From IMG/VR virus record IMGVR_UViG_3300043425_000861: 64,000 nucleotides of DNA; one strand, 5' to 3'. Below are positions 1 through 10,456 of the stretch, piece by piece (the stretch's first letter is position 1; every line of letters begins with the position of its first letter). The notes under the pieces were generated by a model. That model worked only from the letters and a program-made list of their open reading frames with translations. It was not told the DNA's origin and searched no databases. Source of the DNA: a virus. The position numbers and the translations under genes were made by a program.

Positions 1-1
1 T

Positions 2-442
2 GGTTCTATTAAACAAGCAAACTATAAAGTTTGGTATTGGTATTATGAAACTACCGATAGAGATACTTGTCTTGAGAAAAATAAAGACGTTATTAAATTA
101 CCGTCTGATGTGGACACTGAACAATTAACTTGGGATTCACTAAATAAACCCGCACAAAACTGGGTTAGAAAGTATCTAATAGGTTACGCTAAAGAAGGTT
201 TAGGTCGTATATGGGGTAAGTTCTCAGGTGACCTACAAGTTCCTGATAGTACTATTAAATTAGATTATAGTTCTTTACTTACTGAAGGTAAAGATGAAAG
301 GTCTAAACTTGTTGAAGAATTAATGCAAAGATTGGAAAGACTTCGCCCTGACAAAATGTTGGAAAGAAAAGCGAACGAAGCCGAAAATCTTAACAAAGCA
401 TTAAAGTTCAGAGCGATGCCTTCACCATTCAACGTGATTTAA
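2..442 (+). CDS. Neck/head-completion protein (T4 gp13-like), 5' partial
   Basis: Frame is open from base 2. C-terminal WVRKYLIGYAKEGLGRIWGKF resembles the conserved C-terminus of myophage neck proteins. Confidence 0.5.
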   Translation, partial: GSIKQANYKVWYWYYETTDRDTCLEKNKDVIKLPSDVDTEQLTWDSLNKPAQNWVRKYLIGYAKEGLGRIWGKFSGDLQVPDSTIKLDYSSLLTEGKDERSKLVEELMQRLERLRPDKMLERKANEAENLNKALKFRAMPSPFNVI

Positions 443-3336
443 CTTTCAACAGCGTGTAAAGCGAAGTCGTTACCATTGGTTTCGATTATTTCATCTTCAT
501 TACTCTTAATACTTTCAGCTTGTAGAGCAACTACTTTTCTATTGTGTTCTACCCAATACGGGTCTGCAAGCTCCAAACTATTTTCTACATACATAAAGAA
601 CGGGTCACGACCAACTCTGTTCCAAAATAACACCTCACTATCAGATAATGTCATAACCTCATCAAACTTATCTTGTCCATCTTCTTTTAATGGGTGACCA
701 TTGATTAATTCACATTGTAGTTTTGTAAAGTATTGTCTTTCCTCTGGATTTTCAATCAAGATATCTTCACGTATTTCGGGCTTGAATACACAAAGTAATG
801 GTTCAATTCGTTTATTGAAGTTGGTTAAATAACGAGCTACATTATATTCTCCTGTTAAGTTAGGATTGTTTACAATTTCTTTTTCAGGAATCATATAACA
901 ATTGATTTCGATATATTCACTCGGCATATCAGAACCAAATTTAGTACGATATTCTTCTTGTTGTTTTTTGGTCGGTTTTGTTATTTTAGTTACGTCACCA
1001 GAAGATTTTTTTACACCATTATTTACATAATAGATGGTATCACCAAGACCAGCGGGATAATCATTTTGAATAATTAATTCCATATGCGCTTGTCGTGACA
1101 TTAAAGAACCTGCTTTAGTTGTTTTCTTAATATGTTTTTTATAATCTTCGATTGATTGTTTTACACGAGCTTTATTTGCAATCTTGGCTAATGGTATTTC
1201 TTTATTATAAATCTTGGTTACATATTCATAATACAACTCAACAAAAGATAACCCATCACCATTCAATAACATCTTTAAACCCTCATCTAAAAATTCAACA
1301 ATATATGTTTGTAATTTTTTTGATTTAATTGTGTTACCTGTTAATTTAATTTTTTCTTTACCCTTCTTCATCAACTTAATGATATAGTTCTTACGAGAAA
1401 CATTGATACAAGCAGGTGCAGTGTAGTCAATATCGAGACCCATTTCATTTCTCATAAAGATATCGTTGAATTCTGCGGTGTCGGCTTCAATACCTTCATA
1501 TTCCTTACCTTCATCCACTAATTCATTCAAACCTTTACCGATATATTTGTGTTCATTAATCGTGTCAGGAGTTTCAAAGTTCACACCATCCGTATCCATT
1601 ACGAGAGGTTTATATCCTTTCTTCATAAAGAACATAATCATCATACGTAAACATTGACGACCTGTACACGTAATAGTTTCACCCATATTCATATCACCCC
1701 AAGGAAATACTTGTGGAGCAGATAAACTACCGAAGTATGCGTTAATAAAAATCTTAATTGGTAATTGTTTACGGTCATACATTTCCGCCTCAATTGGATT
1801 TGAATTTTTCAATTCACCGGCAAGTCTTTTATACTTAATACGAATGTTACGGAAATACTTTAACATTGATTTCTGTACACCCATAATATCACATTCAGGG
1901 AATACATCATATACAAGTTGAATAGATGGATAAAGTGATGCGTAGTCAAACTTAACAATGTTCTTTGAGTATCCTACATTTAATAAACGAGAAAGTCCTC
2001 CTGTAATTGCACGTTTCTCATCTTTAGCGGGAACTGCTAAGTTATTCTCATAAGACCAAGCTAACATTATTATCTTCCATAATGTTGCAGTACCCATTGT
2101 TGCAATTCTTTCATATGTTGTAGGTACCAATTTAGAAAGTAGAAACGTTGATTGTGAAAATGAATCATCTACAATCATTGTTTCGTACAAGTCATCGTCA
2201 AGATATTGTTCTACAATTTTTCTACCTGGCCATATTTCAAATTTGCCGGGATATTTTTCCATTAACCCTTCTGTACCAGGGTCACCTATTTGTTTGTAAT
2301 TTCCTGTCTTAGGATTTACATAATAACTTTCATTATCAAGATATATCTTAGAAATTTTACCACCATCAACGTAAACACGATTAGGTTTTTCTTTCTCCAA
2401 ATATTGTGTAATATATTTCAAACCCCAAGACTTAATCTCTGAGTTAATTGCCTGTGCTCTACGAACAGAATGCGCAATATCTATAATATTAAAACCCCAC
2501 ATCACGTGTTGTGTATACGGCTCAATTTCGTTTGCAAGTTTTAACATCCCTTCTTTCTCTTTCATACCTTGTGATGTAAAGATTTGTGTTAAACCTTCAA
2601 CATCAACACCAAGTATTTGTGCACGTTTTAATATAAACGGCCAGTCAAAGAACGCGGAGTTATAACCACCAATAATAGTCGGTTTTAAATTTCTGATGTG
2701 TTGAAAAAATCTCTCTATACAAGTCTTTTCACCATCTTCACCAAACGCGGGAATTGTTTCATTTAAACCACGGTTATCCTTAACTCCAATCAAAATGATA
2801 TTACAAGTTTCAGGGTCTAAACCTGTGGTTTCAATATCGAATACGAATCGATGAACACCACCATAATCATCAATACCTTTGAATAATCTTTTTCTTTTTT
2901 GAATTAGGTATTGTTCTACGGGAGATAGTATTGTAAAAAATTGTCTACATTTTTCATCCCAAGGATTTAATCCTCCCATTCTAAAGAATGAAATTAAATC
3001 AGTGTAACTTTTAATACTTTTTACTAAGTATTTCATACCGGCTTCAAGACGTTCATTACCACCCGTTTCTAACTTCTCAATTAGAATACCGAACTCACCC
3101 ATTCTTTTCTTTTGAATAGATTTAGAATTACCATAGAAATTTAATCCTGATAAATCACCTACCCACATAAATGGTGTAAACGAATCTTCTCGAATGATTT
3201 TACCCTGAATAGGGTCTTGAATAATTTTGTAGATTTTGTTTGATGGGTAGTCATATTCGACACCCACGATGAATTCTTCAGGGTCACCCCCGTTAAGGAA
3301 GCTTTCGATAACTTCCTGAGATATTACCTCTTTCAT
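439..3336 (-). CDS. Family B DNA polymerase (T4 gp43-like)
   Basis: Exo I FDIETTG, Exo II GYNSAFFDWP, motif A FDYASLYPS, motif B KIFINAYFG, motif C MDTDG. Confidence 0.97.
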   Translation of the reverse strand: MKEVISQEVIESFLNGGDPEEFIVGVEYDYPSNKIYKIIQDPIQGKIIREDSFTPFMWVGDLSGLNFYGNSKSIQKKRMGEFGILIEKLETGGNERLEAGMKYLVKSIKSYTDLISFFRMGGLNPWDEKCRQFFTILSPVEQYLIQKRKRLFKGIDDYGGVHRFVFDIETTGLDPETCNIILIGVKDNRGLNETIPAFGEDGEKTCIERFFQHIRNLKPTIIGGYNSAFFDWPFILKRAQILGVDVEGLTQIFTSQGMKEKEGMLKLANEIEPYTQHVMWGFNIIDIAHSVRRAQAINSEIKSWGLKYITQYLEKEKPNRVYVDGGKISKIYLDNESYYVNPKTGNYKQIGDPGTEGLMEKYPGKFEIWPGRKIVEQYLDDDLYETMIVDDSFSQSTFLLSKLVPTTYERIATMGTATLWKIIMLAWSYENNLAVPAKDEKRAITGGLSRLLNVGYSKNIVKFDYASLYPSIQLVYDVFPECDIMGVQKSMLKYFRNIRIKYKRLAGELKNSNPIEAEMYDRKQLPIKIFINAYFGSLSAPQVFPWGDMNMGETITCTGRQCLRMMIMFFMKKGYKPLVMDTDGVNFETPDTINEHKYIGKGLNELVDEGKEYEGIEADTAEFNDIFMRNEMGLDIDYTAPACINVSRKNYIIKLMKKGKEKIKLTGNTIKSKKLQTYIVEFLDEGLKMLLNGDGLSFVELYYEYVTKIYNKEIPLAKIANKARVKQSIEDYKKHIKKTTKAGSLMSRQAHMELIIQNDYPAGLGDTIYYVNNGVKKSSGDVTKITKPTKKQQEEYRTKFGSDMPSEYIEINCYMIPEKEIVNNPNLTGEYNVARYLTNFNKRIEPLLCVFKPEIREDILIENPEERQYFTKLQCELINGHPLKEDGQDKFDEVMTLSDSEVLFWNRVGRDPFFMYVENSLELADPYWVEHNRKVVALQAESIKSNEDEIIETNGNDFALHAVES

Positions 3337-3432
3337 TTTATATTTTTTTAAAGTGACGTATTAGCTTGTGACCTAAATCACAATTTGCCTTGTTACTTAA
3401 TAAATATAAAAAATTAAAAGGAGAAAAACAAA

Positions 3433-3801
3433 TTACACAATGTTAATGTATAACTTTTCTTTGATTGGTAGAATAAGTTTTGTTGTTGGGTTTGAGTTTG
3501 TGTCTAAAAATTGAACCGTTACAATCCCTTCATATTTTCCTTTAAGTGACGTACCTTCTTCTGAAAAACGATAGGTAATGTAATATTCGTCAGTTGTTTG
3601 GTCATACTTTTTGGTTCTTGTCGTTAATAGACAAGAACCATTTAAAATATGATATTCTTCTGTTTTAACATCAAACATTTCAAATGTGATGTCTGAATTT
3701 TCTAGCATATCATTAAAGGACGACTTGTCGTTTTTACCGTCATCAATCAATCTCATTTTAAGGATTGGGTCAGTTGCCCCTTGTCTGATAAAAAATTCCA
3801 T
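3433..3801 (-). CDS. BppU-like baseplate/tail-associated Ig-fold protein
   Basis: FFIRQGATDP start, G.YEG..TVQF and LILP...KLYINI pattern; lies in the tail gene cluster. Confidence 0.5.
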   Translation of the reverse strand: MEFFIRQGATDPILKMRLIDDGKNDKSSFNDMLENSDITFEMFDVKTEEYHILNGSCLLTTRTKKYDQTTDEYYITYRFSEEGTSLKGKYEGIVTVQFLDTNSNPTTKLILPIKEKLYINIV

Positions 3802-4037
3802 TACTTAATTGTTATGATGTATTCAAAACCACTTTTATTTGGTACCACATCAGTATCGTTCATTTTACCTGTTCCAAAATAGAATTCTTCAGAAATAATT
3901 TCAGATGGTAAACTAATGACGGATTTTATTTGATTTTTTACATCTAATGTGGTTAATCCGTCGGTTATTTTAACCTGCATTTTTTTCTTTGTTAACATCT
4001 TATTAGATGTTTTAATTTTAATATCTATGTTAATCAT
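3801..4037 (-). CDS. Small protein, possible ubiquitin-like beta-grasp fold
   Basis: 78 aa; IKIKT..KK..V.I....T..DVK.QI....LP.E...F...KM.D pattern parallels ubiquitin; no C-terminal GG. Confidence 0.35.
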   Translation of the reverse strand: MINIDIKIKTSNKMLTKKKMQVKITDGLTTLDVKNQIKSVISLPSEIISEEFYFGTGKMNDTDVVPNKSGFEYIITIK

Positions 4038-4062
4038 TTTTTTATTTGTTTTAATTTAAAAA

Positions 4063-6144
4063 TTAATCCCACCAAATGTAGTCGTTAATCATTTCATAAG
4101 AATCTAAATCTGTAATTACTTGAGATAAAACAGATGTTTCATTAATCATCCAAGCGGTGTATGTATCATTATCACTATTGGTTATCACAACGTATCTATT
4201 TTTGGCTACGAATGTGTTATCTCTGAAAGAATGTTCGGTGTCGTGTTCGTTTAATAATGTACCATTAAAATCATAAAGTTTGATTTTAAAAGTATTTGTA
4301 TCTGCGTCAAGGTATGTGTACATTATTTTATCATAACCGACATTGATAGCCAAATCCGTTCCTTCGGGTAGTTGAAATTCAGTTCCAATACTATTGGCGT
4401 TAACCATTCTAGCAAATCCTGTATTTGTATTGAATGCCAATAAATTCGCTTGTTCCAAATATGTACCTGTTTGGTATCCAACAACATAATACACCTCATC
4501 ATAATAATTCATTGATGTAAATCCGGTTGTTGAATTATTAACATAATATGAATCTGAATTATTAGCCCTAACAATTCCAATATTTCTAGTTGTGTTCCAA
4601 TTAAGGTTTGTAAGTCCTGTTAAAGAATCAAGAATTGAACCATTAGGTCCAACTAAATGAATTGAGTATAATGTATAACCACTATAATCTATACTGAAAA
4701 AATATCTGTTTCCAAGACCATCCCAATTGGTACCATTTACATCTGAAGTTAACATACTTGTTTCAGTAATTGTAACACCAGATTCGGGTGTTATAGTTAA
4801 CATTTCAACAAATCCATTACCCATATTACCTGAAGTTACTGTAAAATATCCTACATCAGATATTTGGCCCCAAGGATTTATCGTTTTATCAAAACTACCA
4901 GTATCAATTAGATTGTAAGTGGTAAATCCTGTTTGGCCACTCATCATATACATAATATCACAATAACTAACATCAACACCATATTGTATCCAGTTTTGTG
5001 AATTATAGAAAGTTAAAACTAAATTTTCTGATGTATTGTTATCGGGCCAAAAGAAATTGTTCGAATCTATACTGAATGACGGATAATTTGTTTTATTATG
5101 TGTTGATTCTGTTAATACATCAGTATCTCCATTGTAGTGATAGATTTTATAGTCAACAGATGAATCATCACTGTTATAGAACACTAAAATACATTTATTT
5201 GTACCATAGAAATTAAAATCAAATGAAGTGTATATTGTATCTCCCAAAGTATGTGAATCACCAATAATATCACCATCAATATCTCTGATATCAAACTCAA
5301 CATAAGTTTGATTAACATTATCATATGTTATGTTAACCATAAAATTATATGCCGGCCCGTAATGAAAACTAGAAGTATAACCCGACGTTAATGAGAAAAT
5401 TTGGTCTTGCGTTCCGTCAGTTTTCATTAAATGATAAGTTGAACCGGTTACAGTACTAGTAGAAACATCGCTACTTTCTTTCTCAATAATAAATGAGCCG
5501 TCTGGTGTTGTAGAATCTTCGTCCCACTCAATATCAATATCTTGATACGACGCGTCCCAAGTGTATGTATAAACATTAACACCATTTGAATATTTCATAA
5601 CACCATTTTGGTTGTCAATATATGCAACCCAAGTTCCATCATATGCATCTAAATCAGTATTGTTTGTTGTTCCTGTATACGTATCAATAATTTGATTGGA
5701 TGCGTCGGTAAAAATAACATATTTTGATTCGTAATTACCATTTCTACCTTCAAACTCATACATATATCCACCATTTGTTATTGGGTGGATGTCATCAATG
5801 TCCCATACGCTTGCGTCAATACCAAAATCAATTATTTCAGCGTCAAAATCTGTGAAATTTAGGGTTATTGCACCATAGTTATCCGAACCTACCATTTGAG
5901 AAACCAAAACAAATGTCTCTTGACTTGTTACCGGCTCTTCAATTGTTAAGGTGTATGTGTAGTCATACTCTGGTAGATATATGGAATATACGCCATATGG
6001 ATGAGACGTGATATTATTGAAAGGTATTGTTACCTCACCGATATTAACCGATGTACCTGACGTGGAACCCGTATATGGTACGAATGTAACCGTTGCGGTT
6101 TTACCACTAAGATTTGAACTTGTAATTCTTGCACCTATTGCCAT
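4063..6144 (-). CDS. Large beta-rich virion structural/tail-associated protein
   Basis: 693 aa, rich in T/S/N/Y/G; late-promoter motif upstream; tail cluster context. Confidence 0.5.
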   Translation of the reverse strand: MAIGARITSSNLSGKTATVTFVPYTGSTSGTSVNIGEVTIPFNNITSHPYGVYSIYLPEYDYTYTLTIEEPVTSQETFVLVSQMVGSDNYGAITLNFTDFDAEIIDFGIDASVWDIDDIHPITNGGYMYEFEGRNGNYESKYVIFTDASNQIIDTYTGTTNNTDLDAYDGTWVAYIDNQNGVMKYSNGVNVYTYTWDASYQDIDIEWDEDSTTPDGSFIIEKESSDVSTSTVTGSTYHLMKTDGTQDQIFSLTSGYTSSFHYGPAYNFMVNITYDNVNQTYVEFDIRDIDGDIIGDSHTLGDTIYTSFDFNFYGTNKCILVFYNSDDSSVDYKIYHYNGDTDVLTESTHNKTNYPSFSIDSNNFFWPDNNTSENLVLTFYNSQNWIQYGVDVSYCDIMYMMSGQTGFTTYNLIDTGSFDKTINPWGQISDVGYFTVTSGNMGNGFVEMLTITPESGVTITETSMLTSDVNGTNWDGLGNRYFFSIDYSGYTLYSIHLVGPNGSILDSLTGLTNLNWNTTRNIGIVRANNSDSYYVNNSTTGFTSMNYYDEVYYVVGYQTGTYLEQANLLAFNTNTGFARMVNANSIGTEFQLPEGTDLAINVGYDKIMYTYLDADTNTFKIKLYDFNGTLLNEHDTEHSFRDNTFVAKNRYVVITNSDNDTYTAWMINETSVLSQVITDLDSYEMINDYIWWD

Positions 6145-6205
6145 AGTTTAATGTTTTGTCTATTATAAATACTTTATTTTGTTATATCTTTTATTATTTT
6201 TTATT

Positions 6206-9157
6206 TTATAATCCGTATTTTGATTTATCCACATTGTAGTTACCTAAAACCTCCGCGGCAGTCAATGCTTTACCATATATTCTAACTATACCGATTTTAC
6301 CGTCAAACCACTGTGCATATTCACCATTATTATATGAACCAATGTATAAATTCGTAGAGGTGTTTAATATACTTGATAAACTATGACTCACACTACCTAT
6401 ACTTGTACCATTAACAAATGTCTCAAACGTATTGGCCGATTGATTGGTGAACACATAAACTATTTGATACCACGTATTAAGTGTTGCCGTGTGATTTGTG
6501 CTATTAACAAACAAAGTGGACCCAGAACCGGAACCTGAACCATATTGAGCATAAAATACTGAACCCGTAGTTCTAATACTATAACCCACATTTTGTGTTA
6601 ATCCCCCAGCATTGAATTTACCAAGTACAACGTCATTACCTGCAACCGATTGATTTACCCAAACTTCTACTGTCCAATCACCCTCTTGTGGTTCTAATCC
6701 AATACTATCGGCAACTGAAATTTGAGAAGATGTTCCGTTGAATGTAAAGTATGGTGATGTATATGTTAGATTCGACATCGTTCCATTTCTACCCTGACCA
6801 GTCAAATCGGTAATTGTTGTTCCGGAGCCTGAATATGACGTTGTATTAGATGGGTCATAATGTAAAACTAAACCTAATCCCGCAACACAATTAATTGTTG
6901 CTGATTTCGCAATAATATTTGAAGGGTTTTCGGTTTCTCTTACCGCCACCCAATATGTTCCGCTTGAACCTATGGTTACAACACCGACATTTCCACCAAC
7001 TATAGGACCCCACGAAGATGCATTAAGTGCACTATTTTCGGTAGTATGTGCTCCGGCACTATATTGGTAATTATTAGATGCCGAACCAACAAGATTACTT
7101 ATTCTAATCGAACCGTTATTATTACAAGTACCTGAAATACTAAAATTCAAAGGTTCTAATGTTGGTGTTGGAGTAGGTGTTGGTGTACTCGTTGGTGTAG
7201 GAGTTGGTGTTGGAGTTGGTGTGCTCGTTGGTGTAGGTGTAGGTGCACAATCAACGAATATTGATTTAGCAAAAACATTTGAAGAATTATTTCTATCCCT
7301 TATTGAAACCCAATATGTTGCGGTAACATTAGGTATTGGAACACCGGTCGTTGTAAATGTATTTGAATTTGCCAATTCAGTCCATTGAGGAGCATTTAAC
7401 GCTTCTGACTCGGTATTAAATAATCCAAATCCTATATCATATACACCCGAACCACCAACATAATTTGTTGTATAAACACGTCCACCCAAATAACAATCAG
7501 ATGATATTGTAAAATCTAAAGGAGACTCTGTAGGTGTTGGTGTAGGGGTTGGAGTACTTGTAGATGTTGGGGTTGGAGTTGATGTGCTCGTTGGAGTTGG
7601 TGTAGGAGTTTCTGTAGGTGTTGGTGTGGGTGTTGGAGTTAATTCAGGACAATCCCAATTACTATAAGTTGAATTATAATTTCCCAAAATAGTAGATTCA
7701 CTTAGAGGTCCATCATATACCTCAAACGTACCCATTCTAAAATTACCATAACCACCGTCACCTAAACTTGTCGGACAATTACCTGCAACACTATAGTATA
7801 ATGGAGCTCCTCCCATATAATTGTATGGAGTTTGTCTATCAACACCAAAACTACTACCGGCTAAAGAACCATTAACATATGCTCTTAATGTGAATCCGTC
7901 ATAAGTAAATCCAATATAATACCAATTATTTAATGGGGTTGATATTGTTGAGGTAATTACGCTACTATGTGGCCAAACGGCAAATTTTAATGTACCGTTA
8001 ACCAATTCTATTTGAGAGTCATACCAATTCGTATTTGGTGGAAGAGTTCCTTGTTCTGAAAGAATAACACCATCGTCGATTAAATAAACCCAAGTGAATA
8101 TCGAAATAAGTGTTGAGGTATTTGATGGATTTAAATACGGGTTTAAATTACCTGTAACTAAAAAATTATTTATACCATTAAATTCAACATAGTTACTACA
8201 AGATGTTGAACCTGTTGATGGATTATTCTGTAATGTACCACCAATTCCATTAATTGTATCGGATACCGTGGTTCCATTTATACCACTTAAATCATCAAAA
8301 TTATAATATAAAATTTGATTTACGGGTATTGGTGTTTCTGTTGGTGTAGGAGTTGGAGTTGGGGTCGGTGTTGGTGTAGGAGTTGGAGTTGGGGTCGGTG
8401 TTGGTGTAGGAGTTGGTGTGGTTTGAATTAATGATTCAAACAACACATATACTGTTGTGTTATTTAAAAACATCCCCGCAGATGGTTGTATTAATTCTAT
8501 TGTGTGTTCCTCACTGTCGAAGTAGAAAGCACCAAATTCAGAACCTGATAAACTACTACCGGTATAAACCGCACAATCATTATTTTGACATAATGTAAAT
8601 CTAAACGGAGCATTACCATTTAGGAATTGAGATAAAAATTCTGAATTATCATTTCCTTGAGCGTCGATTGGATTTATCCAAAACGATTCGGTAATACCAT
8701 CATTAGGTCCTAATCCATTCGGATTTAATAACCCAATATTATTTTGAAAATCCGGCATTATTATGTAACCCTCACTTGGAGGTGCATATTCTTCAGGTTG
8801 TGCACCTGTTAATGTATATACAAATCCTTGAGGATTTATAATTTCAGACTGTAAATCGTTGTTTGGTATTAAAGTGTATGTTAAATCTGTATTTGGTATT
8901 AATGTATATGTGATATCGTTATTAGGTATTGATATAAAACTAATATCGTTATCGGGTATAAAAATATATTGAATGTCGTTATTAGGTAATTCGGTGTAAT
9001 TAAAATCGTTTGATGGGATTAATGTATATGTTAAATCATCATTCGGTATTAAGACATATCTAAAATCATTTTGAGGTGGTAATACTATATCATTTACAAT
9101 AACAAGATTACCACCGATAGGTTTAAATTGATTACTAAAACTCGATATTATCGGCAT
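6206..9157 (-). CDS. Tail fibre/adhesin with two LamG (ConA-like) domains and Pro-Thr linkers
   Basis: Two LamG-type segments (NNWYYIGFTYDG..LRAYVNG; NTWYQIVYVF...FVNG...FDGKIGIVRIY), three (PT)n tracts, N-terminal 10-aa repeats. Confidence 0.8.
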   Translation of the reverse strand: MPIISSFSNQFKPIGGNLVIVNDIVLPPQNDFRYVLIPNDDLTYTLIPSNDFNYTELPNNDIQYIFIPDNDISFISIPNNDITYTLIPNTDLTYTLIPNNDLQSEIINPQGFVYTLTGAQPEEYAPPSEGYIIMPDFQNNIGLLNPNGLGPNDGITESFWINPIDAQGNDNSEFLSQFLNGNAPFRFTLCQNNDCAVYTGSSLSGSEFGAFYFDSEEHTIELIQPSAGMFLNNTTVYVLFESLIQTTPTPTPTPTPTPTPTPTPTPTPTPTPTETPIPVNQILYYNFDDLSGINGTTVSDTINGIGGTLQNNPSTGSTSCSNYVEFNGINNFLVTGNLNPYLNPSNTSTLISIFTWVYLIDDGVILSEQGTLPPNTNWYDSQIELVNGTLKFAVWPHSSVITSTISTPLNNWYYIGFTYDGFTLRAYVNGSLAGSSFGVDRQTPYNYMGGAPLYYSVAGNCPTSLGDGGYGNFRMGTFEVYDGPLSESTILGNYNSTYSNWDCPELTPTPTPTPTETPTPTPTSTSTPTPTSTSTPTPTPTPTESPLDFTISSDCYLGGRVYTTNYVGGSGVYDIGFGLFNTESEALNAPQWTELANSNTFTTTGVPIPNVTATYWVSIRDRNNSSNVFAKSIFVDCAPTPTPTSTPTPTPTPTPTSTPTPTPTPTLEPLNFSISGTCNNNGSIRISNLVGSASNNYQYSAGAHTTENSALNASSWGPIVGGNVGVVTIGSSGTYWVAVRETENPSNIIAKSATINCVAGLGLVLHYDPSNTTSYSGSGTTITDLTGQGRNGTMSNLTYTSPYFTFNGTSSQISVADSIGLEPQEGDWTVEVWVNQSVAGNDVVLGKFNAGGLTQNVGYSIRTTGSVFYAQYGSGSGSGSTLFVNSTNHTATLNTWYQIVYVFTNQSANTFETFVNGTSIGSVSHSLSSILNTSTNLYIGSYNNGEYAQWFDGKIGIVRIYGKALTAAEVLGNYNVDKSKYGL
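8325..8421 (-). repeat. (Pro-Thr)n hexamer tract; further tracts at about 7160-7245 and 7530-7640
   Basis: GGTGTT/GGAGTT/GGTGTA hexamer runs on the plus strand encode TPTPTP. Confidence 0.9.
8850..9075 (-). repeat. About 8 tandem 30-nt repeats encoding (P)NNDLTYTLI-like units
   Basis: Translation reads PQNDFRYVLI/PNDDLTYTLI/PSNDFNYTEL/PNNDIQYIFI/PDNDISFISI/PNNDITYTLI/PNTDLTYTLI/PNNDLQSEII. Confidence 0.85.
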
Positions 9158-9160
9158 ATT

Positions 9161-10438
9161 TTAAAAAGTTGTTTTCTGACCTAAAACTCTCCAAGTATTG
9201 TTTACTTTTATTAAACTAAATGCAAATATATCTGTTGAATTTGTTGTACCCGTTGGTTGACTACCTCCATACCAATTTATTGATACAGAACCTTCATCAT
9301 CTGAATTTATTTTTAACCCTGTTATTTTATAAGATGGAGTACCTTGTTCAACTATTACAGTAAGACCAATTGCTTTATTATTTGTTATCGGTGTTTCAAC
9401 AACATCAATTACAAAATCAGATGATGGGTTTGAAACATACGCAATTGAACCACTAAGAAAATTATGTGTAATTCCTGTTGACGGTGCATTATATGATACT
9501 AACTTTTCTGTTACAGAATCAATATTCGTAACTTGAGATATACTAGCACCTACTGAGGTTAAATTAAATGATGTATTAATACCACCATTTGGTATTACTA
9601 AGTTACTTCCTAATATGTTAACGTTTTCACCGTCTGTCAATAAGTTCAAATCCCCTGAACCAACAATTGTTGTTGCCTGAATGTTATTAACAAACTTAGC
9701 ACTACCACTAAATTCATATGTGTATCCTGTTGTTACAGAACCTGTGTTAAATCCTATCTTTCCTTCGCTTATAATACTAATCTGTGGGTTTTGCCAACTA
9801 TTAGAAGAGAATAAATGAACGTGAGTATGATTATAATCAGGACCATCCAAAGAACCAATATATAAATCTCTACCTCTGTTAATTAGGTATGCATCGTTTT
9901 GATAACCCACCGAAAACGGTGTAAGGAAACCACTTGAGTTAATACCCATATTAACATAATGTAAATTTTCAGTTCCATTATCTGCGGTAGCTACAAAGTC
10001 AGTACTTGCTCCCGCTGCAGAACTTTCATTCTTTATATTAAGTTGAAAATAATTGTCGACATTACCTTGAAGATGTGCAATGTTAAAACTTCCACTATTT
10101 TGGACGTGTAACATTTCAGGATTATTGGTGTGCCTACTACCACTCGGACCGATAATAACGGCATCTTTTATGGTTTGACTACCTAAAAATGTGTTAGACC
10201 CGGTAGTTGCGTATGACCCGGTTTTTAACTCAATTGAGTTTAATCTGTTTGTTACACTTGAAGTGTGTGTATTAAATGAAGAGGTTGTTACAAAATCACC
10301 TTCCGCGGCCGTTACATATGCTGTTAATTCACCTAACGCCATTCTGTAGGTGGTAATTCCATCATCATAAACGGTATACCCCGTAAGACTTGGGTTTGTT
10401 ATTCCTGATAGTTCTGATATTAGTTTATTTTCTGCCAT
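9161..10438 (-). CDS. Tail fibre-like protein
   Basis: N-terminal KLISEL, fibre-type YATTGSNTF.GSQTI motif, C-terminal INWYGG..P.GT....DIF.F.....TWRVLGQ domain typical of phage fibres. Confidence 0.65.
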   Translation of the reverse strand: MAENKLISELSGITNPSLTGYTVYDDGITTYRMALGELTAYVTAAEGDFVTTSSFNTHTSSVTNRLNSIELKTGSYATTGSNTFLGSQTIKDAVIIGPSGSRHTNNPEMLHVQNSGSFNIAHLQGNVDNYFQLNIKNESSAAGASTDFVATADNGTENLHYVNMGINSSGFLTPFSVGYQNDAYLINRGRDLYIGSLDGPDYNHTHVHLFSSNSWQNPQISIISEGKIGFNTGSVTTGYTYEFSGSAKFVNNIQATTIVGSGDLNLLTDGENVNILGSNLVIPNGGINTSFNLTSVGASISQVTNIDSVTEKLVSYNAPSTGITHNFLSGSIAYVSNPSSDFVIDVVETPITNNKAIGLTVIVEQGTPSYKITGLKINSDDEGSVSINWYGGSQPTGTTNSTDIFAFSLIKVNNTWRVLGQKTTF

Positions 10439-10456
10439 TTCTATAAATATTAGTTT

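Noticed and set aside
8850-9075. CRISPR-like 30-nt periodicity
   Set aside because: Degenerate in-frame coding repeats with no unique spacers and no cas genes.
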